From Candidatus Atabeyarchaeum deiterrae (lineage in GTDB: Archaea; Asgardarchaeota; Atabeyarchaeia; Atabeyarchaeales; Atabeyarchaeaceae), in contig CP147780.1 of NCBI GenBank assembly GCA_037310415.1, positions 256,001 to 320,000 of the forward strand: 64,000 nucleotides of DNA, given 5' to 3'. A program made the translations under genes and the position numbers. The notes under the pieces were generated by a model, which made no database searches, was not told the DNA's origin, and saw only the letters and a program-made list of their open reading frames with translations. Below, piece by piece: positions 50,054-59,470 of this stretch (position 1 is its first letter; every line of letters starts with the position of its first letter).

Positions 50054-50833
50054 GTGAAAGACATGCGAAGCTTTCCGAAGCTAATCATCAAGAAGATTTT
50101 CAGTACAATTGGGTTGGACATTGCGAGAAAATCCAGAAAAACCACTCTTTCGCCGACGGAGATCTTTCTTTCATTCAACTTTCAACGTACTGATCAAAGG
50201 AGACTTGAACACCTTGAAAGCCTAGGGCTTAACGTTCACGGCTCTAGCGTTCTCGAGCTCGGGGCTGGGATCGGTGGTCTCACGAGCTTCTTCATAGACC
50301 GCGACTGCGAGGTCGTCACTAGCGACGCAAGGAAAGAGAATTTGGAAGTTTTGCGTTCTCGATATCCTGGCGTAAGAGTATTGAGTCTGGATTTGGATAG
50401 TCCTCCTAGGAAGTTAGGTGAGTTGTTTGACATCATTCACTGCTATGGATTGCTCTATCATCTGAGAGATCCAGAAGGAGCTATAGAATTCATGTCTCAT
50501 TGTTGCCGAAAAATGCTTCTTCTGGAGACTTGTGTCTCATTTGGTGACGATGATTCCATTTTGTCTGTTGCGGAGGATGCGCTATGGCCGGCAGCATCTG
50601 TGTCGGGAGTGGGTTGTAGACCTACCAGAAGATGGGTCTACAACCGACTCAAGAAGCACTTTGGCTTTGTGTACCTCCCGACGACTCAGCCAAACTACAA
50701 AGACTTCATTCTAGACTGGACCTCCCCTCCACCAGATACATCATACATAAGATCCATATTCGTTGCATCCAGACATAGAATCACTAGCAAGTTCTTAAAA
50801 GAAAGCATACCAATGAAACAAACGCGACATTGA
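50054..50833 (+). CDS. Class I SAM-dependent methyltransferase
   Basis: RRLEHLESLGL, VLELGAGIG, FDIIHCYGLLYHL--P, LLLET. Confidence 0.85.
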   Translation: MKDMRSFPKLIIKKIFSTIGLDIARKSRKTTLSPTEIFLSFNFQRTDQRRLEHLESLGLNVHGSSVLELGAGIGGLTSFFIDRDCEVVTSDARKENLEVLRSRYPGVRVLSLDLDSPPRKLGELFDIIHCYGLLYHLRDPEGAIEFMSHCCRKMLLLETCVSFGDDDSILSVAEDALWPAASVSGVGCRPTRRWVYNRLKKHFGFVYLPTTQPNYKDFILDWTSPPPDTSYIRSIFVASRHRITSKFLKESIPMKQTRH

Positions 50834-50887
50834 CTCTCGGGGGATTGTTCGCCACACTGGATCTTTGAAATTCAGGAATGCAAAACG

Positions 50888-51760
50888 ATGGGTAGTAATC
50901 GCAACATGCCCAGAGTAATAGGCAAAGAAGCACGGGTCGCCTATGGAGGAGTAGGTGCAAAAGACTTGCCAATTGTAACGCTCCTGTCAGATTTTGGACT
51001 CAGAGATCCTTACGTTGCTTCCATGAAAGGCGTAATACTGTCGATCTGTAGGAAAGCTCAGATAGTAGACATTACCCACGACATAGCCAAATTCAACATT
51101 TTGCAAGGTGCTTATGTATTTGCTGCAACGATCCCGTATTTTCCACTAGGCGCAACTCACGTAGCGGTAGTCGATCCAGGCGTTGGCACAAATCGAAAAG
51201 CGCTGCTTGTTAGGACAAAAAGAAGTCACCTATTGGGTCCTGACAATGGGGTTTTGATGCTGGCAGGCCTCCGCGAGGGAATTGAAAGGGTCTTTGAGAT
51301 CAGCAATCGCGGTTATATGTTGGATGAAGTGTCTCAGACATTTCATGGAAGAGACGTTTTCTGCGCTGCGGCTGCGCACTTGGCAAATGGAACTCCAGTT
51401 GAAGACTTTGGCCCGGAGACAAATGATTACATCCAGCCAGAGTTCTCAAGGTCTTCTATAACCAAAGACGAGCTGTCGGGTCACGCGATTTATGTGGATG
51501 GCTTCGGGAACATCGTGACAAACATTACCTCTCGGGACGTAGCGGAGTTTGGCGTGACGTATGGTTCTACAATCAGAGTCAGAATTGGGTTTGCCGCCCG
51601 AAAGATGAAGTTCAGCGCAACCTATGGAGATGTTGATGTAGGAGAACATTTGGCATTGATAGGAAGTTCTGGATTTCTTGAGATATCAGTCAATAGGGGG
51701 AACGCTGCCTCCATTCATAATGCTGAAGAAGGAATTCGGGTGTCGGTCTCACGTAGCTGA
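50888..51760 (+). CDS. SAM hydroxide adenosyltransferase (DUF62/chlorinase-fluorinase family)
   Basis: LLSDFG--DPYV-SMKG, VVDPGVGT-R, GPDNG, TFHGRDVF, VDGFGN. Confidence 0.92.
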   Translation: MGSNRNMPRVIGKEARVAYGGVGAKDLPIVTLLSDFGLRDPYVASMKGVILSICRKAQIVDITHDIAKFNILQGAYVFAATIPYFPLGATHVAVVDPGVGTNRKALLVRTKRSHLLGPDNGVLMLAGLREGIERVFEISNRGYMLDEVSQTFHGRDVFCAAAAHLANGTPVEDFGPETNDYIQPEFSRSSITKDELSGHAIYVDGFGNIVTNITSRDVAEFGVTYGSTIRVRIGFAARKMKFSATYGDVDVGEHLALIGSSGFLEISVNRGNAASIHNAEEGIRVSVSRS

Positions 51761-51906
51761 TCACAGGAAGGAAGATATTATTAGAGCGAATGAATGGAAG
51801 AACTAGTGGGAAGTTCATCATAGCATCATGCTGCTGGAATCAGCAATATCCTCCATGAAGGGTCAGGGGATTTCAGTTCCTTTAGTTGTAGAGGTGAAGC
51901 GATAGA

Positions 51907-52434
51907 ATGGTTACTAGGGGATTGCTCATTGGAAGGTTCCAACCTTTCCACAAAGGGCATTTGCATGTGGTCCAAGATATACTAGCGAGAGTCGACGAAA
52001 TCATAATAGTTATTGGAAGCGCTCAGTGCAGTCACACAATAGAGGATCCGTTTACCGCCGGAGAACGATTAGAAATGATTAGGGGATCGCTGGCTGCCGA
52101 ACATACTGATTTTTCGAAGTATCTCCTGATACCAATCACAGATGTAAATGATAATCGCCTCTGGGTTTCACATGTGGCAACGTTGATTCCAAGGTTTGAT
52201 GTTGTGTTCAGCAACAAGCCTCTCGTCAAGATATTGTTTTCTGAAGCTGGTCACAGAGTTCAGCCAATCAAGTTCTATCACAGAGAATTGTACTCGGCTA
52301 CGGACATACGCAAGAAGATCATAAACCGCGACGAAGAATGGAGGAACCTTGTTCCCAAGGAGGTCGCCGAATTCATAATTTCAATAAAGGGGGATGAGAG
52401 GCTAAGAGCCGTGGCGGCAACCGACATATTGTAG
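51907..52434 (+). CDS. nadM: Nicotinamide-nucleotide adenylyltransferase
   Basis: GRFQPFHKGH, IGSAQ, PFTAGER, SATDIR. Confidence 0.93.
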   Translation: MVTRGLLIGRFQPFHKGHLHVVQDILARVDEIIIVIGSAQCSHTIEDPFTAGERLEMIRGSLAAEHTDFSKYLLIPITDVNDNRLWVSHVATLIPRFDVVFSNKPLVKILFSEAGHRVQPIKFYHRELYSATDIRKKIINRDEEWRNLVPKEVAEFIISIKGDERLRAVAATDIL

Positions 52435-52471
52435 TTAGAAAACTGCCCAAAATCCTGAAATTGAGTGAGCC

Positions 52472-52849
52472 TTACTTATTTCTTAACCCCTTGGCCAAAT
52501 CTTCGCCCGTAACGAGGTATTTCTGCAGATCTATTCTTCCAGAGTCATCTGTGCGAACTCCCTCTTCCTTAAGAAGCCTGATCTTCTCGTTGATCTTTTC
52601 GCCACTTAATTCTCCACCGAAGCCGCCGATTTCTCCATTTGAACGTATCACTCTGTGGCAAGGGACGGTAGGTGCATAGGGGTTATTTCTAACAGCGTTG
52701 CCCACAGCTCTGCTGAGATGTGAGTCTCCCAAAGCCTTGGCAATTTCACCGTAGGTCGTAACCTTGCCTTTCGGGATTTTGGTCAGCAGCGTTAGAACTT
52801 TCTTCTGGAAATCTTTAAGCCCTTCCAAGGAAACGCTCAATTCGATCAC
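52472..52849 (-). CDS. ogt: O6-alkylguanine-DNA alkyltransferase (single domain)
   Basis: IPKGKVTTYGEIA, RAVG-A, VPCHRV active site. Confidence 0.88.
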   Translation of the reverse strand: MIELSVSLEGLKDFQKKVLTLLTKIPKGKVTTYGEIAKALGDSHLSRAVGNAVRNNPYAPTVPCHRVIRSNGEIGGFGGELSGEKINEKIRLLKEEGVRTDDSGRIDLQKYLVTGEDLAKGLRNK

Positions 52850-52883
52850 TCCTTACCCCCAATATTCCAGCAGGTTATTTAAA

Positions 52884-53942
52884 TCAACGACCCAGCCCAG
52901 TCCCTTTGCATGATATTGATGTTAGACCGTTGTGCTCAGAGACCTCAAACTTTGTTTTTAGAAATTTCTCAGTTACCGTTATGTTGGTCTTTGCGTGAAG
53001 GGATAACTCTGAAGTCGAGATCGTGGATTCGCCTTCCGCGGTGGCCATGTAGGGTATTAGCATGTCGGATAAGTTGCTGTCCACAGTGCATTTTTTGTCC
53101 AAGTAGGCAAGCAATCTTTCAGCCACTTCTGTTCCGACTTTTTCGGCCGGCTTTCCTTTCTCACCAAGGGCATCTGCCCCAACGAGAGCGCCCTTGGTTG
53201 TTGATGCACAGAGAGTTATTCCACTGCCTGGACTTAGATAGTCTAGTTGGTCTTCCTTGTGCGATATCTCTATCTGAATGTTCCCATATCCCGACCTTGT
53301 CAAAGCATCTTTGGCGGAATCTGCCTGTCTGGTAGCGACATGACTAGGCAATCGCGTAGCATGGCTTACTCCTTTTACATTCTCCACTTCGCCGAACTCG
53401 TCAAGTGAGATTGACTTTAGCCTATCTGTGACTGGATTGAATCTGAATCTAACTATTCCGCCGCCCTTAGGATAATGCCCCCTGCGAATCAACTCGGCCG
53501 AGATCTTGCATCCCAACTTCCGAAGAGTTGGAATAAAGACTAGGTTCAAGTAATCAAAACTGGGACTCCAAGGAACATCGGTTCCGCCCGTTAACTCAAG
53601 CGCAACCTCACCGGGAGCGAAACATGCGACTGGACTGAGAGCCTGGAAGATTAGAGAAATGCTTCCTGCTGTTCCCACATCGACCTTGAATGAGCCATTT
53701 CTAATCTTCTGAGGGATAAACTCAACTGTATACGAACCTTTCTGTAGACCAGTTACTTTCGCGTCAACAAGCTTGGCCACGGCTGACACAGCTGCCATCT
53801 GCTGTGCCTGTAGTCCAGGATTGTCACGTTTTGCTCGAATCTTTGAGATCTTCACTGGCGTTCCCGTTATGGCAGACATTGCTACAGAAGTTCGCAAGAT
53901 TTGCCCACCCCCTTCAAGGATGCTCCCGTCAATCTCAATCAT
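52884..53942 (-). CDS. rtcA: RNA 3'-terminal phosphate cyclase
   Basis: IDGS--EGGGQILR, IRAKR-NPGL, GGTDV, RRGHYPKGGG, H-KTN. Confidence 0.95.
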   Translation of the reverse strand: MIEIDGSILEGGGQILRTSVAMSAITGTPVKISKIRAKRDNPGLQAQQMAAVSAVAKLVDAKVTGLQKGSYTVEFIPQKIRNGSFKVDVGTAGSISLIFQALSPVACFAPGEVALELTGGTDVPWSPSFDYLNLVFIPTLRKLGCKISAELIRRGHYPKGGGIVRFRFNPVTDRLKSISLDEFGEVENVKGVSHATRLPSHVATRQADSAKDALTRSGYGNIQIEISHKEDQLDYLSPGSGITLCASTTKGALVGADALGEKGKPAEKVGTEVAERLLAYLDKKCTVDSNLSDMLIPYMATAEGESTISTSELSLHAKTNITVTEKFLKTKFEVSEHNGLTSISCKGTGLGR

Positions 53943-53955
53943 TCTTGTATCACTC

Positions 53956-55008
53956 TCATGACTGCGCCTCCCCAGATGTCTTCTCGGGACTTCGCATGCT
54001 CAGAGTTTCAAATATCGTGTCCGTAAGTAAGTCGATGCCTTCATGTTTAGCGGCACTTATCCTGAGTACGCAACTACCGCTTGGAATTATTCCCTCAATT
54101 TTCGCTAGTTGTTCTTGCGTTAGTATATCCAGCTTATTGATGACGATGATAAATGGAACTTGGCCGAAGAGATCCCTGATCTCATTATAGACGTTGAGTT
54201 GAGTTGCGAGAGTGTAACCACAAATTTCTGATGGATCAAATAGAAACAGTATCAGCTTTGCGTGGTGGCGTAGTGCTACGATAGCCTGTAGTTCAAGCGG
54301 ATTCCTTTCACTTATCGGACGGTCAAGCAAACCGGGAGTATCTAAGACTTGGATTCTCTTCTTGCCCCACATCAGATGTCCTATTATCAGACGTCTCGTT
54401 GTAAAAGGGTAGTCTGCAACTTCCGGCTTGGCTGACGATATATCCCTGACCAGAGATGATTTCCCAACGTTCGGGGCGCCTGCGACAACTACGGTTGGCT
54501 CATCCACATTGATTGAAACGACTTTCCTCAGTTTGTCTCTAGCGCTGGCGAGCAACTCCAACCTGACGCCGGCTTTCCTGATTATGGACGATAAGCGTCC
54601 ATATGCTGCTCTCCTTAATCTTTTCACTTCGAATACTGTTTTGGCGGATCTTATTCTGCGAATGTGGTCTCTGCTCACACTCTTGACTACTTTTCTGTAT
54701 CCGTCGAGGGCTCCAAGTGCTTCCTTGAGTTTGTCTAGACCAATTATGGCATTCGTTATCTCATTATAGAATGGGTCAATGTTGTCCAGAGAAGGAAAAC
54801 CTTCCACAACATTCGTGAGTTTGTCAATCATCTGAGTTGATGCCTCGTCTAGCTTCGATGCTTCGGTTGCTCTCGTCGTTAGGAATCGATCCATTGTTCT
54901 CCTTTTGCTCCTGGATCTGATCTTGCTTGCCCTTCCAAAAGACACGTCGAGTATCTCCTGACTCGACGGCACACTCGGCACGTTTATAAACGGATTCATT
55001 TTGAGCAA
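53956..55008 (-). CDS. NOG1-family GTPase
   Basis: GAPNVGKSS, YPFTT, DTPGLLDRP, NKLD, ISA. Confidence 0.93.
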   Translation of the reverse strand: MLKMNPFINVPSVPSSQEILDVSFGRASKIRSRSKRRTMDRFLTTRATEASKLDEASTQMIDKLTNVVEGFPSLDNIDPFYNEITNAIIGLDKLKEALGALDGYRKVVKSVSRDHIRRIRSAKTVFEVKRLRRAAYGRLSSIIRKAGVRLELLASARDKLRKVVSINVDEPTVVVAGAPNVGKSSLVRDISSAKPEVADYPFTTRRLIIGHLMWGKKRIQVLDTPGLLDRPISERNPLELQAIVALRHHAKLILFLFDPSEICGYTLATQLNVYNEIRDLFGQVPFIIVINKLDILTQEQLAKIEGIIPSGSCVLRISAAKHEGIDLLTDTIFETLSMRSPEKTSGEAQS

Positions 55009-55052
55009 ACGACCTTCAAAGCAAGTAGCATGTCAAAGATAAACTCTTAAAT

Positions 55053-55721
55053 ATGATTTTAGATTATCGTCTTTCCAGAGATGATTCATTGATGAATGAC
55101 TTACCTAACTCGCTTCAGAGTCAGATTGAGATCCCTCTTGGCGCAACAACGCTGGGAATGGTTTGCAAAGATGGAGTCGTACTTGCAAGTGAGCGAAGAG
55201 TCGCCTGGGGAACCTTCGTTTTGAGCAAAGCTGGAAAGAAAGTATTCAAGATCACTAATAAGATTGGTGTTGCATGCGCTGGCTTAATGTCAGATATGCA
55301 AGTGATCGCCCACACGATGGAAGCGCAGGCTGTATTATACGAACTCGATATGAGAAAACCGATCTCAGTTAGAGCCGCAGCAAAGCTACTGGCCAACATA
55401 TTATTCCAGAGGAGAGGTTCACCTCTGTTCGCACAGACAATACTGGCAGGCATGGACGAGAATGGACCACGAATGTTCATACTCGATCTTCTTGGCTCAT
55501 TGATTGAAGACAAGTACGGCGCTGTCGGCAGTGGAGCGCAAGTAGCAATAGGTGTACTTGAAGCTGAGTATAATGATAATATCACTATTGAGAAAGGAAA
55601 AGAGATAGTCATTAAAGCCATAAAATCAGCAATTGAAAGAGATGCCGCATCGGGTAATGGTGTCGACATACTAGCCATAACCAAAGAGGGGGCTTCGGAA
55701 ATCGCCGTAAGCCTAAAGTAA
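55053..55721 (+). CDS. psmB: Proteasome subunit beta (start probably ATG 55092)
   Basis: GATTLG---KDGVVLASERR, AGLMSD, GSG--VA-GVLE, RDAASG. Confidence 0.93.
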   Translation: MILDYRLSRDDSLMNDLPNSLQSQIEIPLGATTLGMVCKDGVVLASERRVAWGTFVLSKAGKKVFKITNKIGVACAGLMSDMQVIAHTMEAQAVLYELDMRKPISVRAAAKLLANILFQRRGSPLFAQTILAGMDENGPRMFILDLLGSLIEDKYGAVGSGAQVAIGVLEAEYNDNITIEKGKEIVIKAIKSAIERDAASGNGVDILAITKEGASEIAVSLK

Positions 55722-55756
55722 CACCTTGAGATAAGGCTCTTTTGGTTCTTTGCTTT

Positions 55757-56145
55757 TAAACTACCACCTATTGAAATAGGTGGCTTTCTGTAGGGGTCGA
55801 TTGAAGGTGCACTGCACCGAAACCTGACCCCTCATCGGAACGCAGCAGTCCGTTTATTGGGACTGGTCTGTTGGTAAGCTGGAAGAGGGTACTCTGGTGG
55901 ACAGTGTGCTCGTTCTCGTTCCGCACCAACAGGGATTTTACGGCGGTGGCTAAGCTCGCTTTCCTATCGCTGAATCTGGTCAGAGTTTCCGCTTTGCTCT
56001 TCGTAGCATCTTTTTGTAATAGTATTGCGCGTTGCATGCTCTAAGCCCGCATTTATGTTATTTGCCGAACCTTAAGAACTCAACCCAAGTGGTTCCGCAA
56101 TTCCTCCACCCTTTGAAAAAGGGGGGTCTCCTTGCGGTGGTTTCT
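55757..56145 (-). mobile_element. Non-autonomous IS200/IS605-family element (internally deleted tnpB)
   Basis: Left-end hairpin CCGCAAGGAGACCCCCCTTTTTCAAAGGGTGGAGGAATTGCGG, right-end hairpin GAAAGCCACCTATTTCAATAGGTGGTAGTT; 89-aa ORF 55768-56037 with TnpB-like N-terminus and tail but no RuvC. Confidence 0.7.
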
Positions 56146-56161
56146 ATGAGGTGCGGTTCAG

Positions 56162-57133
56162 CTAGTCGAATCTTATTGGTTTTTCGAGTCGGCTTAGCAG
56201 TGCCACCCCACTCTTCATCACGTCATCTAGGATCTTATAGCCAGTCAGACGTGAGAGTTCCTTTGAGAAGCTCAGGATCTCAGAATGCCTAGGCATGTTC
56301 TCGAACCGCATTCTTCCAGTTTGGAGTCCGTATCCAACATTCATTGCAACCTTGGGTTCAACGTAGGTGCTCGCTCCCTTCTGAACTAGCTCGGCATATC
56401 CTTCCACATGTTTGAGGTTAATGTTTCGGGCCAGCGTCATCCGCATTACAGTGGGGCATTTGAAACTCTTCAGTAATTCGATGCTATCGGTGAGCCTTCT
56501 CCATCCATCTTTTTGTCTGGGTCTACAAGTCTTCTTGAATGTTTCCTCGTCGGGCGCGCAAACACTGATGTAAAGTTGAGATGGTTCGACAGATAGCTTG
56601 GACAAGACCTCGGGAAAGGTTCCGTTGCTAACTAGGAAAACTGTCTTGAAACCGTGCTTGAACGCCTCCTCGAATAGGGCGCTCAGTCTTTCGGAGCCGT
56701 ACATGGTCGGTTCCCCTACTAGCGATGCTGTGATATGTGTCGGATTCATGGCCTCTTTGAACATATCTTTGCTGACCTTGTGATTGGAACCATAACCCGT
56801 GAGTATTCTCTTGTGTTCCCGGATGCAAGCTTCGATGAGTGGTGCAGGATCATCAAATTTGTCCCATTGCAGCTCGTCCCAGTCTAGGCCAAGATCGCTT
56901 GGTTGGACTCGCCAACAGAATACGCATGCCTCAGAGCAAACAGGAACAGGTGCGAATTGTACGCATCTGTGCGATCTTATTCCATAGAATCTCTGTTTGT
57001 AGCAATGTTCGGATCCATTCGTTGTCAATGACCTCCAAAGCCACCGACAAGGTTTTAGAAGTCCAGCTTTTCCAACGAAGTGGTACCGCTGATACCGATA
57101 TGCCTGCGCTAGTTTCTCAGGGAGATGCGTCAA
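56162..57133 (-). CDS. taw1: 4-demethylwyosine synthase Taw1/TYW1 (radical SAM)
   Basis: KPCRW, CYKQRFYGI-SHRC-Q, C---CVFCWR, SLVGEPTMY, PSQLYIS, YVEPK. Confidence 0.93.
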   Translation of the reverse strand: MTHLPEKLAQAYRYQRYHFVGKAGLLKPCRWLWRSLTTNGSEHCYKQRFYGIRSHRCVQFAPVPVCSEACVFCWRVQPSDLGLDWDELQWDKFDDPAPLIEACIREHKRILTGYGSNHKVSKDMFKEAMNPTHITASLVGEPTMYGSERLSALFEEAFKHGFKTVFLVSNGTFPEVLSKLSVEPSQLYISVCAPDEETFKKTCRPRQKDGWRRLTDSIELLKSFKCPTVMRMTLARNINLKHVEGYAELVQKGASTYVEPKVAMNVGYGLQTGRMRFENMPRHSEILSFSKELSRLTGYKILDDVMKSGVALLSRLEKPIRFD

Positions 57134-57293
57134 GAGTCACACCGACAGACACTTAACCGACAGTTGTCACACTCTTTCGTAGCTGAGGTGAAATGCAGAG
57201 TTCTAGTAATGGTGACTACCTAAATATCATTTTGTCTCTCCACCAAGATGTTAGAGGGCGGAGGGTAAACATAACCGAAAACCCCGTCGATAA

Positions 57294-57962
57294 TTGGTGA
57301 TTCAACCCATGAATCTAGAGCAGATAATTGATGAAGTCAGACAGAAGTTTGACAAGAGGGATGAGGCACGTGAGAGAGTCTTCGATCTCACCAGAAACTC
57401 TATCAGACTCTCCTCAAGCGCCATCAGGTCAATTCATAGGAGGGAATTTGACCTAGCGGACGAAAACCTATCCAAGATAAGAGAATCCTTAACCGACACA
57501 GTGGAGAGTCTCAAAGATGTTCCAGAGTTGCTTTACTCTGGTATGGTGAACTCAGCATTCCAAGAATATACAGAAGCAGCACTCTTGATGTCTGTGATCA
57601 AAGATGGAAGATACGCAACTCCTGGGGAGATCTCAGTACCATTCTTCGATGCTTATGTTCTAGGCTTAGCGGATCTTATCGGTGAACTTAGAAGAAGCGC
57701 ACTTGATGCAGTATGCGAGGAGGATACTGATCAGGCTGTGAGCAAACTCGACAAGATGGATGAAATATTGTCAAACCTTGTCACCTTGGACTACCCTGAA
57801 GCGATAATTCCTGGTTTACGACACAAATGTGATGTCGCGCGTAGTCTTGTTGAAAAAACACGAGGTGACATAGCAAACTCTGTAAGCAATGAGAAGCTGA
57901 TCCACGAAATAAAGAAACTAAATGACCGACTTGCTGATACCGTAACTGGAGAACTGAAATAG
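57294..57962 (+). CDS. Translin/TRAX (C3PO) family protein
   Basis: RE----TR--IR-S--AI--IH, QEYTEA, YVLGLADLIGELRR, LRHKCD. Confidence 0.9.
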   Translation: MVIQPMNLEQIIDEVRQKFDKRDEARERVFDLTRNSIRLSSSAIRSIHRREFDLADENLSKIRESLTDTVESLKDVPELLYSGMVNSAFQEYTEAALLMSVIKDGRYATPGEISVPFFDAYVLGLADLIGELRRSALDAVCEEDTDQAVSKLDKMDEILSNLVTLDYPEAIIPGLRHKCDVARSLVEKTRGDIANSVSNEKLIHEIKKLNDRLADTVTGELK

Positions 57963-58045
57963 GCGGATCCCCTTGCTTTTCGATATCCAGCTATCCTGAA
58001 GCTAGGCTTCGTGTAATTAGAGGCGCATTTCTGGGATCTGACTAA

Positions 58046-58735
58046 GTGGAAAGACAAGACTCTGAATTGATGACTGGCAACGGTGGGATCTTGAGTCATC
58101 AGAAGACAGCTGGTTGGCGCATCATTCAAAGGAATCTTGCAAAAAAGGTAATCCGAGAAGATTCTTTCAACATGCCACCCAGGCTTGTGGCGGGAGTAGA
58201 CGTAGCTTACACCAAAGACAAAGCGTATGCTGCCGCCGTCGTGCTCGACTACGAGACTCTCGAACTTGTGGAAGAAAGAGCGAGCAAGTCTACTGTTAAG
58301 ATTCCGTACATACCATCGTTTCTGGCTTTCAGGGAACTCAAGCCATTGATCAGGGTGATCAAGAAGCTAAGGGAGAAACCAGAGATATTCCTAGTTAACG
58401 CACATGGAATTGCGCACCCAGAGAAATGCGGTTGCGCTTCGCACTTGGGGGTCACTCTGGACATACCTACAATAGGAGTTGCTAAGCAAGCTCTCTACGG
58501 AGACATCGTTGACTCGGAAAATCAGGATATCAAATACTTGAAGGACGGAGAAGTTATAGGTGCAGCGCTCGTAACTGAGATCAGCCGGAAGCCCATCTAC
58601 ATATCAATTGGACACAGAATTAGTCTAGAATCTGCAATAGGAATAGTACGAAAGACCACGCGAATTCAGATGCCTGAGCCACTGAGATTAGCACATGAAC
58701 TATCAAATGAGACAAAGAGGAAATCATCCATATGA
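58046..58735 (+). CDS. nfi: Endonuclease V
   Basis: VAGVDVAY, PYIPSFLAFRE, HGIAHP--CG-ASHLG, PTIGVAK, PIYISIGH, MPEPLRLAH. Confidence 0.9.
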   Translation: MERQDSELMTGNGGILSHQKTAGWRIIQRNLAKKVIREDSFNMPPRLVAGVDVAYTKDKAYAAAVVLDYETLELVEERASKSTVKIPYIPSFLAFRELKPLIRVIKKLREKPEIFLVNAHGIAHPEKCGCASHLGVTLDIPTIGVAKQALYGDIVDSENQDIKYLKDGEVIGAALVTEISRKPIYISIGHRISLESAIGIVRKTTRIQMPEPLRLAHELSNETKRKSSI

Positions 58736-59457
58736 ATACACTAAGGAACGGTGAAACAAGATTGGCAAAGTTAAAGGAGAACGCACTGCGCACACTGATA
58801 ACACTTGCTAGCATGGGAGCGTACAGAAATGCACTTGAAATTACAACGGCTGTGGTTGGTAAGAAGCTTGGAATAAGTCAACAGACCGCGTCTAGACGTC
58901 TAGGCGAACTTGAGAAAAACGGCTGGATAAACAAGGAAAGAACACTTAAAGGCCAAGGAGTCAGAATCAGCAAAGAGGGAGTCGAAGTTCTTCAATCCAT
59001 ATACTCTGAACTGAGAAACTTGTTCGAAGGAGAACTCGCCTCCTTGGGTATTGAGGGCACTGTGTTCTCAGGAATGCGCGATGGAGCATACTACGTCACG
59101 AGAGATGAATACCAGAAACAATTCCAAGAGAAACTCGGATTCACACCTTATCCCGGAACCCTGAACTTGAAGCTAAGAAGTAATCTAGATATTCAAGCAA
59201 AACGGACACTTGATGCTTATCCAGGAATCATTATAGAAGGATTCGAGAATGGACAGAGAACGTTCGGCTCCGTGAAGTCCTTCAAAGTAATAATCAATGA
59301 TAAGGTTGAAGGAGCAGTTCTGTTGATCAAAAGGACTCATCACGGTGAAAATGTTCTGGAGATCATATCACCGTTCTACCTAAGAGAGAAACTTGGGGTG
59401 AAGGACGGTGAAAGAGTCACAATAAAGATTAGGTTAAACTACAAGGGACAGGCATAA
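58732..59457 (+). CDS. ribK: CTP-dependent riboflavin kinase with N-terminal HTH
   Basis: SQQTASRRL HTH; G-VFSG--DG-YY, GFTPYPGTLN, RTHH---LEIISP--LR. Confidence 0.93.
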   Translation: MNTLRNGETRLAKLKENALRTLITLASMGAYRNALEITTAVVGKKLGISQQTASRRLGELEKNGWINKERTLKGQGVRISKEGVEVLQSIYSELRNLFEGELASLGIEGTVFSGMRDGAYYVTRDEYQKQFQEKLGFTPYPGTLNLKLRSNLDIQAKRTLDAYPGIIIEGFENGQRTFGSVKSFKVIINDKVEGAVLLIKRTHHGENVLEIISPFYLREKLGVKDGERVTIKIRLNYKGQA

Positions 59458-59470
59458 ACCGACATTCTAA

